Below, in pieces: positions 10,588 to 23,563 of a stretch of DNA of 64,000 nucleotides. Made by a program: the position numbers and the translations under genes. The stretch spans positions 96,412,001-96,476,000 of the forward strand of contig NC_086108.1 of assembly GCF_963921235.1 (NCBI RefSeq), given 5' to 3'. The DNA is from Mobula hypostoma. Taxonomy: Eukaryota. Under the pieces are notes generated by a model that was not told where the DNA came from, ran no database searches, and was given only the letters and a program-made list of their open reading frames with translations. Within the stretch, counting starts at the first letter, position 1. Each line of letters starts with the position of its first letter.

Positions 10588-13500
10588 TTGATTGGAGTAC
10601 TGCGCAGACGCAACAGAAGCATTCCCGTACAGATCCAGCAAAGAACTTTAAAAAGCAGAAAGTTTTTCAATGGAAGTCATTGATTGGAGTACTCTGCAGA
10701 TACCACAGAAGCATTCCCGCACATGTCTGGCAAAGAGCTTTAAAAACCCAGTCTCTATAAACAAGAGGTACAGTCTAGCAGAGCAGTCATTGTGGGAGAG
10801 GTCGTCGTCAGACTAGTCTGAGGAAAAGTAGTAAGGCTTCGGCTCAACAAGGCTTCGGTGAGAACAGGCAGAGACAAGTAAGTAGGTATGTTCATTACTT
10901 ATTTCTTATTTAAATCTTGAGAAAATAGGCAGTATGTCTACAGAGCCACTGTTCTGCACGGAGTGTCAGTTGTGGGATTTCCAGGAGACTTCCAGTCTAC
11001 CCGGTGGCCACATCTGCACCAGGTGCATCGAGATTCAGTTCCTTAGAGACCGTGTTAGGGAACTGGAGCTGCAGCTTGATGACCTTCGGCTTGTTAGGGA
11101 AAATGAGGCAGTGATAGACAGGAGCTACAGGGAGGTAGTCACCCCAAGGCTACAGGAGACAGATAAATGCGTGACTGTCAGGACAGGGAAGGGGGAATAT
11201 AAGAAGTGGAGAGTACCCCTGTGGCCATCCCCCTCATCGCTAAGTACTCCATTTTGAGTATTGTTGGAGGAACAACAGCAGCTGTGCCTCTGGCACTAAG
11301 TCTGGCGTTGTGCTCAGAAGGGTAGGGAACTAAAGAGGATGCCAGCAGTAATAGGGGACAGATGGGCAATTCTGTAGACGTAAAAAGAAAACATGGATGG
11401 TAGTTTGCCTCCCTGGTGCCAGAGTCCGTAATGATTCTGAATGTGTCCACAATATCCTGTAAAGGGAGGGTGAGCAGCCAGATGTTGTGGTAGATATTGG
11501 TGCCAATGACATAGTTAGGAAAAGGGATGATGTCCTGAAAAAAACAATACAGGGAGTTAGGGAGGAAGCTGAGAAGCAAGAACTCAAAGGCAGTAATCTC
11601 AGGATTGCTGCCTGAGCCACACAAAAGTGAGGATAGGAGGTGGCAGATAAATGCGTGGTGGAGAGTTGGAGGAGAACGAGGTGGCAGATAAACGCGTGGT
11701 GGAGAATTGGAGCCGCGTCTAGGGATTTAGATTTCTAGATTATTGGAACCTCTTCTGGGGCAGGTGGGACCTGCACAAAAGGGACAGGTTGCACTTGAAT
11801 CCAAGGGGGACCAATATTCTAGCGGGCAGGTTTAGTAGAGCTGTTGGGAGTGGTTTAAACTAATATGACAGGGTGATGGGAACCAGTATGATAGAGCTGA
11901 GGATGAGCCTGCAGGATGTAACATGAATGCAAGGAAGCAGAAACCAATGACTGGGTACAAATGCAGACAGAGCAAAGAGTTAAATTGTACCACAGAGGCA
12001 AAATTCAAAAGGGCGAAGAATGCAGGACTGAAGGTGCTGTATTTAGATACGTGTAGTCTTCAGAATAAGGTGGACAAACTCGCGGTGCAATTACAGATTG
12101 GTCAGTATGATGTTGTGGGCATCACTGAGTTGTGGCTGAAAGGAGGCCATAGTTGAGAGCTTAACATCAAAGGATATACTTTGTATCGAAAGGACAGGCA
12201 GGAAGGCATAGGCAATGGTGTGGCTCTGTCGGTAAGAGATGGAATTGCATCTTTAGAAAGAGGTGACATAGGGTTACAGAATGTCGAATCTTTGTGGGTG
12301 GAGTTAAGAAACTGCAAGGGTAAAAAAAACATTATGGGAACCATATACAGGCCTCCAAACAGTGGCCAAGATGTGGGGTTGAGAGGGAGATGGAAAAGGC
12401 ATGTAATAAGGGTAATAACATAATTGTAATGGGGGACTTCAATATGCAAAAGGATTGGGGAAATCAGTTTGCTGTTGAATTGCAAGAGAGGGAGTATCTT
12501 GAACACCTATGAGATGGCTTTTTAGAGCAGCTTGTGCTTGAGCCTATTCGGGGAAAGGCTATCTTAAACTGAGTGTTATGTAATTACCCAGATCTTATTA
12601 GGGAGCTTAACGTAAAGGGACCCTTAGGAGGCAGTGATCATAATATGATTGAATTCACACTGCAGTTTGAGAGGGAGAAGCATAAGTCACATGTATCACT
12701 ATTGCAATGGAATAGAGGGAATTACAGAGGCATGAGAGAGGAGCTTGCCCAGGTGGATTGGAGGAGGATATTGGCAGGGATGACAGAGATGGCTGGAATT
12801 TCTGGGAATAGTTCACAAGGCGCAAGATAGATATGCCCTACAGAAACAGAAGTTCTCAAATGGCAGGGGTAGGCAACGGTGGCTGACAAGGAAAATTAAG
12901 GACTGCGTTAAAGCCAAGGAAAGGACATGTAAGGTAGCAAACGTGAGTGGGAAGTTGGATGATTGGGAAGCTTTTAAAATCCAACAAAAGGTAACTAAAA
13001 AGCTATAAAAAGAAAAAAGATGAAATATGTGGGCAAGCTAGCCATTAACATAAAGTGAGATACTAAAAGTTTTTTCAGTTACAGTATATAAAGAGTAAAA
13101 TAGAGTTGAGAGTTGATATTGGACCAATGGAAAACGATGCTGATGTCGCAATAATGGGGGACAAAGAAATACTGATGAACTTAATGGGTACTTTGCATTT
13201 GTCTTCACTGTGGAAGACACTAGCAGTGTGCCAGGGGTCCATGAGTGTCAGAGAGAAGGAGCGAGTGCCATTCCTATTATAAAGGATAGAGTGCCAGGCA
13301 AACTCAAAGGTCTTCAGGTGGATAAGTCACCTGGACCAGAGGGACGTCGTCCCAGAATCCTGAGAGAGCTTGCTGAAGAGGTAACAGATGCATTGGTCAT
13401 GATCTTTCCAGAATCATTTGATTCTGGCATGATTCCAGAGGACTGAAAAATTGCAAATGTCACTCCACTCTTTAAGAAAGGAGGAAGGTAAGAGAAAAGA

Positions 13501-14900
13501 TATTATAGGCCAGTTAATCTAACCTCAGTAGCTGGGAAAGGGTTGGAGTCTATTATTAAAGATGATATTTTGGGGTACTTGGAGACTTATGATAAAATAT
13601 GTCAAAGTCAGCATGTTTTCTGTCAAGGGAAATCTTGCCTGAAAAATCTGTTAGAGTTCTTTAAAGATGTAACAAACAGTGTGGACAAAGAAGAGGCAGT
13701 GGATGTCATTTACTTGAATTTTCAGAAGGCATTTGGTAAGGTGCCACACATAAGGCTGCTTAACAAGATAAAATCCTATGGCGTTACAGGAAAGAAACTG
13801 GCATGGATAGAGGAATGGCTGACAGGCAGGAGGCAACAAGTGGTAATAAAAGGGGTCTTTGCTAGTTGGCTGCCAGTGACTAGTGGTGTTCCTTAGGCAT
13901 CAGTATTATAACCGCTACTTTTCACCTTGTTTGTCAATAGTTTGGATAATGGAATTGATGGCTTTGTGTCAAAGCTTGTAGATGATATGAAGGTAGGTCG
14001 AGGGGTAGGTAGTACTGAGGAAGCAGTGCAATTGTAACAGGACTTAGAGAAATTGGAAGAATGGGCAAAAAAGTGGCAGATGGAATACAGTGTTGGAAAA
14101 TGTATGATAATGCATTTTGGTAAAATGAACAATGGTGCAGACTATTATCTAAATGGGGAGAAAGTTCAAATGCCAGAGGTTCAGAGGGACTTAGGAATCC
14201 TCGTACAAGACACCCAGAAGGTTAATTTACAGATTGAGTCTGTGGTAAAGAAGGCAAATGCAATGTTGGCATTTATTGCAAGGGGATTAGAATATAAAAG
14301 CAAGGAGATATTGCTGAGGCTTTATAAGACATCAGTCTGGTCGCAATTAGAATATTGTCAATAGCTTTGGACCCCATATCTCAGAAAGGATGTGTTGCCA
14401 TTGGAGAGAGTCCAGAGGAAATTCACAAAGATGATTTCAGGAATGAAGGGGTTAACATATGAGGAGCGTTTGGCAGCTTTGGGCCTGTACTCACTGGAAT
14501 TTAGAAGAATGCGCGGCGATCTCATTGAAACCTACCGAATTCTGAAAGGACTAGATAGGATGGATGTGGAGAGGATGTTTCCTATGGCTGGGGTATCCAG
14601 AACTAGAGGGCACAGCCTCAAAATTGAGCGGCAACCTTTTAGAACAGAGGTGAGGAGGAAGTTTTTTACCCAGAGACTACTGAACCTGTGGAATGCTCTG
14701 CCACAGACTACGGTGGAGGCCAAGTCCATGGGTACATTTAAGTTGATAGTTTCCTGATCGGTCAGGGCATCAAAGGATATGGTGAGAAGGCAGGTGTATG
14801 GGGTTGAGTGGGCTTCGGGATCAGTCATGATCGAATGGGGGAGCAGAGCAGACTCAAAGGGCTGAATGGCCTAATTCTGCTCCTATGTCTTATGGTCTTA
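10588..14900 (+). mobile_element. Near full-length decayed CR1 LINE (5' UTR, ORF1, ORF2, 3' tail)
   Basis: ORF1 from 10934: CTEC...HICTRC zinc knuckle, coiled coil, SGNH-esterase-like remnants. ORF2 remnants: endonuclease (GITELWL, YRPPNS, GGSDHN) and RT (DKSPGP, YLNFQKAF, SGVP). Tail TCTTATGGTCTTA. Many stops and frameshifts. 5' boundary approximate. Confidence 0.9.
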
Positions 14901-14975
14901 GGGAGATGGGGGGCAGGGGGTGTCATCAATGTCCTTTGCTCCACTGAGAACTGAGGGTCCAAGAAAATTCCTCAG

Positions 14976-15590
14976 GTTTAGGGATGTGATGTTGCGGCTC
15001 TATAAGGCACTTGTGAGACCACGCTTGGAGTACTGTGTGCAGTTTTGGGCTCCTTATTTTAGAAAGGAGATACAGACATTGGAGAGGGTTCAGAGAAGAT
15101 TCACAATAATGATTCCAGCAATGAAAGGGTTACTGTATCAGGAACGTCTGGCAGCTCTTGAGCTGTATTCCCTGGAGTTCAGGAGAATGAGGGGGGATCT
15201 CATAGAAACATTCCAAATGTTAAAAGGCCTGAACAGATTAGATATGGCAAAGTTATTTCCCATGGTAGGGGAGTCCAGGACAAGAGGGCACGACTTCAAG
15301 ATTGAAGAACGCCCATTTAGAACAAAGATGCAGAGAAATTACTTTAGTCAGAGGGTGGTAAATCTATGGAATTTGTTGCCACGAGCGGCTGTGGAGGCCA
15401 AGTCATTTGGTGCATTTAAGGCAGAGATAGATAGGTTCTTGATTAGCTAGGACATCAAAGGGTATGGGGAGAAGGCAGGGGAGTGGGGATGACTTGAAGA
15501 GTTGGATCAGCCCATGATTGAATGGTGGAGCAGACTCGATGGGCAGAATGACCCACTTCTGCGCCTATATCTTATGGTCTTATGCTCTTA
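14976..15590 (+). mobile_element. CR1 3' fragment
   Basis: [20 protein letters not shown]...RRMRGDLIE...RVVNLWNLLP; CTTATGGT tail. Confidence 0.9.
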
Positions 15591-17380
15591 AGAAGAAGAT
15601 GATAGGACCAATCAAGTGTGACAGTGCAAAGGTGTGTATAGAACCAGAGGAGATAGCTGAGGTACTTAATGAATACTTTGCTTCAATATTCACTACGGAA
15701 AAGGACCTTGGCAATTGTAGGGATGACTTACAGCAGACTGAAAAGCTTGAGCATATAGACATTAAGAAAGAGGATGTGCTGGAGTTTTTGGAAAGCATAA
15801 AGTTGGATTAGTCGCTGAGACCAGACGAGGTGTACCCCAAGCTACTGTGGGAGGCGAGGGAGGAGATTGCTGAGCCTCTGGCGATTATCTTTGCATCATC
15901 AATGGGGACGGGAGAGGTTCCAGAGGATTGGAGGTTTGCAGATGTTGTTCCCTTATTCAAGAAAGGGAGTAGAGATAGCCCAGGAAATTATAGACCAGTG
16001 AGACTTACTTCAGTGGTTGGTAAGTTGATGGAGAAGATCCTGAGAGGCAGGATTTATGAACATTTGGAGAGGCATAATATGATTAGGAATAGTCAGCATG
16101 GCTTTGTCAAGGGCAGGTTGTGCCTTACGAGCCTGTTTGAATTGTTTGAGGATGTGACTAAACACATTGATGAAGGTAGAGCAGTGGATGTAGTGTATAT
16201 GGATTTCAGCAAGGCACTTGATAAGGTACCCCATGCAAGGCTTATTAAGAAAGTAAGGAGGCATGGGATCCAAGGGGACCTTGCTTTGTGGATCCAGAAT
16301 TGGCTTGCCCACAGAAGGCAAGGAGTGGTTGTAGACCGGTCATATTCTGCATGGAGGCCGGTGACCAGTGGTGTGCCTCAGGGATCTGTTCTGGGACCCC
16401 TTCTCTTCGTGAGTTTTATAAATGGCCTGGATGAGGAAGTGGAGGGATGGGTTAGGAAATTTGCTGATGACACAAAGGTTGGGGAGTGTTGTGGATAGTC
16501 TGGAGGGCTGTCAGAGGTTACAGTGGGACATCGATCGGATGCAAAACAGGGCTGAGAAGTGGCAGACGGAGTTCAACCTAGATAAGTGTGAGGTGGTTCA
16601 TTGGAGGAACGTTGTTTCATTTTTACTGTGTACTGTACCAGCAGTTATGGTTGAAATGACAATAAAAGCGACTTGACTTGTTTTGGTAGGTCAAATATGA
16701 TGGCAGAATATAGTATTAATGGTAAGACTCTTAGCATTGTGGAGGATCAGAGGGATCTTGGGGTCTGAGTCCATAGGACACTCAAAGCTGCTGCGCAGGC
16801 TGACTCTGTGGTTAAGAAGGCATATGGTGCATTGGCCTTCATCAACGTTGGGATTGATTTTAAGAGCCTATAAGTAATGTTACAGCTTTATAGGACCCTG
16901 GTCAAACCCCACTTGGTGTACTGTGCTCAGTTCTGATTTACAGAGATGTTGGCTGGATTGGGGAGCATGCCTTATGAGAATAGGTTGAGTGAACTCGGCC
17001 TTTTCTCCTTGGAGCGATGGAGGATGAGAGGTGACCTGATAGAGGTGTATAAGATGATGAGAGGCATTGATCGTGTAGATGGTCAGAGGCTTTTTCCCAG
17101 GGCTGGAATGGCTAACGTGAGAGGGCACAGTTTTAAGGTGCTTGGAAGCAGGTACATAGGAGATGTCAGGGGCAAGTTTTTTACATAAAGGTGCGACAGT
17201 GGTGGAGGCAGATATGATAGGGTGTTTTAAGAGACCCCTGGATAGGTACGTGGAGCTTAGAAGAATAAAGGGCTATGGGTAACCCTAGGTAATTTCTAAA
17301 ATAAGTACAAGTTCAGCGCGGCATCGTGGCCCAAAGGGCTTGTATGGTGCTGTAGGTTTTCTCTGTTTCTATGTTTCTAA
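15591..17380 (+). mobile_element. 5'-truncated CR1 (RT region to tail) with a ~75-bp foreign tail inserted at ~16603-16680
   Basis: ORF 15830-16498: [43 protein letters not shown] tail. Confidence 0.92.
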
Positions 17381-17894
17381 GAGACAGTAGCATAGCAGTT
17401 ATCACTATTACAGCGCCAATGACCTCAGTTCATTTCCACTGCTGTCTGTAAGGAGATTGCATATTCTTACTGTGACCACTAGGGCTTCCTCTGGCTCCTC
17501 TGGCTTCCTCCCACATTCCAAAGATGTATGTGTCAGTAGGTTAGTTGGTGACATGGGTGCACTTGGACTTATTATGATTGAACGGCCTGTTACCGTGTTG
17601 TATCGCTTAATAAATTAAATTAAATTAAATTAATAAAAATAGCAAGGGCATGCTAGATGAATAAAATGTGAAAATAACTGGAATTATGCACTATGATACA
17701 AAAATGTTTGTGGGGAGTACATTTTAAATGATTGAGAGATTGGAATATCATTGGATTTCAGGATGATAGGTGTCCTCATACACAAAACCACAAACTTATA
17801 ACAAGATTCCACAGGAGTACCATGGAGATGATTCACAAACAAGGTGCTCTGGTTGCTGGGGGCAATGAGAGAGAAGCAGAACAAAGGAACATTA

Positions 17895-18126
17895 TCCCTC
17901 ACTCACACACCCATCTTCCCCCTCACCTGGTCTCACCTATCACCTGCCAGCTTATACACATTCCCTTCCCCCCATCTTCTTATTCTGGCTTTTTCCTCCT
18001 TCCTTTCCAGTCCTGGTGAAGGCTCTCAGCCCAAAAACTTTGGGTGTTAATTCCTCTCCATCTGACTTGCTGAGTTCCTCGAGCATTTTGCTCAAGATTT
18101 CCAGCATCTGCAGAATCCCTTGTGTT
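17895..18126 (+). mobile_element. Decayed PLE 3' repeat with a degenerate hammerhead (CTGGTGAAGG...CCCAAAA)
   Basis: Homologous to 1670-1883 and 21900-22095. Confidence 0.65.
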
Positions 18127-18570
18127 TCTGAGATAGGGGCAGTTGAACAGTGAGGACAGAAACACAGACAACACAGACACTTTTAGCAGGTCAGGCTGGG
18201 TTATAAAGAGAGAAAAGTCAGATTTAACATCATGGATGGATGTAACTACACATAAGCAGGTTACATGAAGTTGCAAAAGTATCAAGTCCAGAATGCTGCA
18301 ACGTGTTCAGATGGAAGATAAGGCAGTTAGACACTGTTTTAACATGCCAACAGTACACAGACAGGTCATTGTGTGAATGAATGGAGAATTAAAGTGTCAG
18401 GCAACAAGAGCTTCAGAGTAACCCCTGGAGGCTGAACAAACCAGCCACACAATCAGATTTTGGTTTCTACGTTACAGAGAAGATCGCATTGTGAACACTG
18501 AATGCCAGCTTGTCAGATTTTGTCTATGTATTGTTTTTCATAAATTCTATGATAACTTTTTCCTGCAAAA

Positions 18571-19005
18571 GAAGTTCAAAGTTCAAAGTAAGATTTATTA
18601 TCGGAGTACATATATGTCACCACGTTCAACCCTAAGATTCATTTTCCTGAGGGCATAGTAACTGTAACAGGATCAATGGAAGATCAAGTGGAGCATAGAA
18701 GACAAATTGTGCAACTGCAAATATAAATAAAATAACAAAATCATGAAATAACAAGATAAAGAGTTCTTAAAGTGAGATCATTGGTTGTGGGAGCATCCTA
18801 AAAGATGAGTGTAGTTTACCCCTTTTGTTCAAGAGCCGGATGGTTGAGGAGCAGTAACTGTTCTTAAAGCTGGTGGTGCGAGTCCTGAGGCTCTTGTACC
18901 TTCTACCTGATGGTAGCAACGAGAAGAAAGCACGGCCTGGGTGGTGAGGACCTTTAATGATGGATGCTGCTTTCCAATGACAGCGTTTCATGTAGATGTG
19001 CTCAA
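18571..19005 (-). mobile_element. Rex1/Babar-like LINE 3' fragment
   Basis: KAASIIKGPHHPGRAFFSLLPSGRRYKSLRTRTTSFKNS; (TTTGAAC)n tail. A similar copy lies at 19455-19860. Confidence 0.75.
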
Positions 19006-20440
19006 TGACTCTACCCGTGGCGTACTGGACCGAATAAAAAACAATCTCAAGGTAGTACATAACGTATACACTTTGATAATAAATTTACTTTGACTGCGTT
19101 ACATGAGACTGGAAGTGGAGGTTAATCCTGTTGGTGTCCCTGGAGTGTGAGAAGGAAAGAAGGGAAATGAACAGGTGGTTGCATTGCTGTGGAGGAGTGG
19201 CAAAATGCTGTGAGGAAAGTGGTTGCTCTCAGGGAGAAGCAGATCAGGGGAAAGGGAACGAGACGGGAGAAGAGGAAAAGGAAGACGCAACGGGTCAAGC
19301 AGCATCTATGGAAAAGTGTAAACAGTCGATATGTCAGGCCAAGACCCTTCATCGGGATAGATTACTGAAATATGAAATACACAACATCCAGCAACTCAGT
19401 TCTGTGTGCAACAGTTTCAGCATTGTGTTTCTGCATTGCCCTCCACCCTCGCTCTTCAAAGTTCAAAGTTTAAAGTGAATCTATGATCAAAGTATGTATA
19501 TGTCACCATATCCTACCTTGAGATCCATCTACTAGCAGGCATTTACAGGAAAATAAAGAAATACAATTGAATTTCTGAAAAACTGTAAATAACAAAGACT
19601 GACAAATAATCAATGTGCAAAAGAAAACATCATGCAAATAAATAAAAGAAGTAAATAAATAGTGCTGGGAAAATGAGTTGTAGAGCCCAACATACCAAGT
19701 CTATAGGCTGAGGAGTCACTTCAAAGTTGAGGTGAGTGAAGTTATCAATGCTGGTTCGGGACCCTGATGGTTGGGGTAATAATTGTTCCTGAACCTGATG
19801 GTTTGGGACCTAAGGCTCCTCTACCTCCTTCCCAATGGTAGTGGCGAGTAGAGAGCATGGCACACTCTCTATACACGTATTCCCAACAGATCAGCAATGA
19901 TCAATAACAGGATTAGTGAATTGGTTTTCGAACGATATTGGTTAAGGAAAAGGAAGAAGTGCATAGCAGGTATAGGAAGATAGGAGCAGAGCAAATGAGC
20001 TACTTGAGGAGTATAAGAAATGCAAGAGAACACTTAAGGAGGAGATCAGGAGTTCTAAAAGAAGGCATGAGGTGGCTCTAGCAGACAAGGTGAAGGAGAA
20101 CCCCAAGGGCTTCTACAGATACAGATATATTAAGAGCAAAAGGATAGCCAGGGACAACATTGGTCCACTGGAAATCCAAGTAGTCATCTATGCATGGAGT
20201 CGAAAGAGATGGGAGAGATCTTAAATGGATTTTTTGTGTCAGTTTTTACTTGGGAGATGGACCCAGAGTCTATAGAAGAGAGGCAAAGCAGCAGTGAGAT
20301 CATGGAGCGTATTCGGATTACAGAAGAGGATGTGTTTGATTTCTTGAGGCAAATCAGGGGGAGTAATTCCTCAGGGCCTGACAAGGTGGTCCTCGGACCT
20401 TGTGGGAGGCCACTACAGAAATTGCAGGGGCCCTAGCAAA

Positions 20441-22650
20441 GATTAGAAACTGGAATTGCAGCTCGAATGACCTCCAGTTCATACGTGAGAATGAGGAGGT
20501 GATAGGTAGAAGGTAGGAGGTCGTCACTCCTAAGCTGCAGGAGGCAGGTAGCTGGGGAAAGGAAATAGGCAGCCAGTGCAGAGTACACTGTGGTTGTCCC
20601 CCTCAATAACGAGTATATTGCTTCGGATACTACTGGGTGAAACGACCTACCGGAGAGAAGCCACAATGGGTGGGTCTCTGGCACTGAGTCTGCCTTTGTG
20701 GCTCAGAAGGGAAGGAGGATGAAGAGGAATGCAGTAGTGATAACTGAGAGAGCAGACAGAAGATTCTGTGGAAGTGAAAAAGACACCCAGATGGTATTTT
20801 GCCTCCCAGGTGCCAGGGTCAATGTCTTGGAACACATTCTAAAGGGGGAGGGTGAGCAGTCAGAAATTGTGGTACATATCGGTACCAATGGCATAGAGGG
20901 GAAAAGGGAATAAATTCCCGAAGAGAGAATATAGGGAGTTAGGTAGAAACTAAAAAGCAGGACCTCCAGGGTACTAATCTCTGATTGCTGCCTATGCCAC
21001 GTGCCAGTGAGGGTAAGAATAGGATGATTTAGCAGATGAATGTGTGACTGAGGAATTGGTGCAGGGAGTAGGGTTTCAAATTTCTGGATCATTGAGATCC
21101 CTTCTGGGGAAGGTATGACCTGTACAAAGAGGACGGCTTACAGCTGGAACTAAGGGGACCGATATCCTTGCGAGCAGGTTTGCTAGAGCCGTTGGGGAGA
21201 GTTTAAACTAATTTGGCAGGGGGATGGGAACCAGAGTGATAGGACTAAGGATGGGGCAGTTGGTATACAAGCCGATGCAGTATGTAGTGAGATTGTGAGG
21301 AAGGACATGCAGATGACAGTTAGTGGAATGTGTGGAAGTGTAACATTGGAGCAAAATTGAAAAGGGTGATGAGTACAGGACTGAAGGTATACCCAATAAG
21401 TCAGATGATCTTGTAGCGCAGTTAAAGATTAGCGAGTATGAGGTTGTGGGCATCATGAGTCAAGACTAATAGAAGATTATAGTTGAGAGCTTAACATTCA
21501 AGGATACACCTTGTATCGAAAGGACAGGCCGGTAGGCAGAGGGGTTGGGTTGGCTCTGTTGGTAAAAGCCTCAGAAAGAGGTGACATCCATGGCCTCCTC
21601 CACTGTCAAGATAAGGCCACACTTAGGTTGGAGGAACAACACTTTATATTCTGTTTGGGTAGCCTCCAACCTGATGGCATGAACATCGATTTCTCTAACT
21701 TCCAGTAATGCTACCCCACCCCCCTTCTCCATTTCCCATCCCCTTGTCCCTCTCTCACGTTATCTCTGTGCCCGCCCATCGCCTCCCTCTGGTGCTCTCC
21801 CCCACCTTTTCCTTTCTTCCATGGACTTCTGTCTCTTTCACCCATCAACTTCCCAGCTCTTTGCTTCATCTCTCTCCCTCCAAGTTTCGCCTGGCGTTTC
21901 TTCCCCCCCCCCCACCCACCCCACACTTTTCAAATCTACTCCTCAGCAATTTTTCTCCAGTCCTGCCAAAGGGTTTAGGCCCAAAATGTCGACTGTACTT
22001 TTTTCTGTAGATGCTGCCTGACCTGCTGAGTTCCTCCAGCATTTTGTGTGTGCTGCTCGGATTTCCAGCAACTGCAGACTTTCTCTTGTTTGTGACATAC
22101 AGTAGGATTGGAAGTAAAATCCTGGCGATAGAGTTAAGAAACTGCAAGGGTAAAAAGACTCTGATGGGAGTTACTGTATATACAGGCCTCTGAACAGTAG
22201 CCAGGACGTGGTCTACAAATTACAATGGGAGATAGAAAAGGCATCTAAAAAGGGCAAATTACGATAGTCATGGGAGATCTCAACACAACTTCGAATATAG
22301 AAAGGTCTGGACAGAATGGACGGAGAGAGGCTGTCTCCTTTAGTGGGTGAGTCTAGGACTAGAGGGTACAGACTCAGGCTAGAGGGATGTCCATTTAGAA
22401 CAATGTTGAGGAAGAATTTCTAAAACCAGAGGGTAGTGAATCTGTGGAATTGATTGTCACAGGCGGTTTGTTGGCGGCCAAGTCATTGGGTATATTGAAA
22501 GTGGAAGTTGATAGGTTCTTGATTAAACAGGGTGCCAAAGGCTATGGGGAGAAGCCAGGAGAATAGGTTTGAGAGGGATAATAAATCATCCATGATAAAA
22601 TGGGAGAGAAAGCTCGATGGGATGAATTCTGCTCCTATGTTCCTGTGGTC
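20441..22650 (+). mobile_element. Internally deleted CR1 (ORF1 and endonuclease start joined to the 3' end)
   Basis: VFCLPGARV and IVVHIGTNGI esterase motifs. The endonuclease runs to MGDLN (~22283), then jumps to the CR1 3' terminus. Confidence 0.75.
21588..22091 (+). mobile_element. PLE 3' fragment inserted in CR1
   Basis: HGLLHCQDKATLRLEEQHFIFCLGSLQPDGMNIDFSNFQ*. Flanked by GTGACAT at 21581-21587 and 22092-22098. Degenerate hammerhead at ~21959-21994. Confidence 0.85.
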
Positions 22651-23115
22651 TGATATTGAAAAAGTCCTTAGCCACAGATTTGGTGCCAGAGGATTGGGGA
22701 GATAGCTAATATTGTTCTATTGTTTAAGAAAGGCTCTAAGAATCAGCCAGGAAATTATAGGCCGGTGATCCTGACATTGGTAGTGGGTAAGTTATTGGAA
22801 GGTATTCTAAGGGACCGGATATAGAAGTATTTGGATAGACAGGGACTGATTGGGGATAGTCAACATGGCTTTTTGTGTGGTAGGCTGTGTCCTATCAATC
22901 CTGTAGATTTTTTCAAGGAAGTTACCAGAAAAGGTGATGAAGGCAAGGCAGTGGATGTTGTCTACAAGGAGCTTAGCAAGGCCTTTGACAAGGTTCCGCA
23001 TGGGAGCTTGGTCAAGAAGATTCGGTTACTTGGCATTTAAGCTGAGATAATGAATTGAATTAGACATTGGCTTTGTGGGAGAAGCCAAAGAGTGGTAGGA
23101 GATGGTTGCCTCTCT

Positions 23116-23563
23116 GAAAGAACCTAAAGAAGCTACAGAAAGTTGTAAAATAAGCCAGCTCTATCTTGGGTTCTAACCTCCGTATATCCAAAACATCTTC
23201 AAGGAGCGGTGCCTCAGAAAGGCAGCATCCATCACTAAGGACCCCCATCACCCAGGACATGCCCTCTTCTCATTGGTACCATCAGGTAGGAGATACAGAA
23301 GCCTGAAGGCAGACACTAGGTGATTCAGGAACAGCTTCTTCCCCTCTGCCATCCAATTCCTGAATGTACACTGAACCCCAAACACTTATCTTACTTTTTT
23401 AATATTACTTCTGCTTTGCACAATTTTCCATCTATTTTATATACACTTACTGTAATTGATTTGCTTATTTTTTTCTTTCTATATTATCATGTATTGCATT
23501 GTACTGCTGCCTGCTAAGTTAACAAATTTCATGGCACATACCAGTGATAATAATCTTGATTCT
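23116..23563 (+). mobile_element. Rex1/Babar-like LINE 3' fragment
   Basis: AAGGACCCCCATCACCCAGGACATGCCCTCTTCTCA...GGAGATACAGAAGCCTG; GATTCTGA tail. Confidence 0.75.

Noticed and set aside
16600..16700. Shared insertion hotspot in CR1 (insertions ~15 nt apart here and at ~28322 in another copy)
   Set aside because: Different positions and different inserted families; two events are not evidence of targeting.
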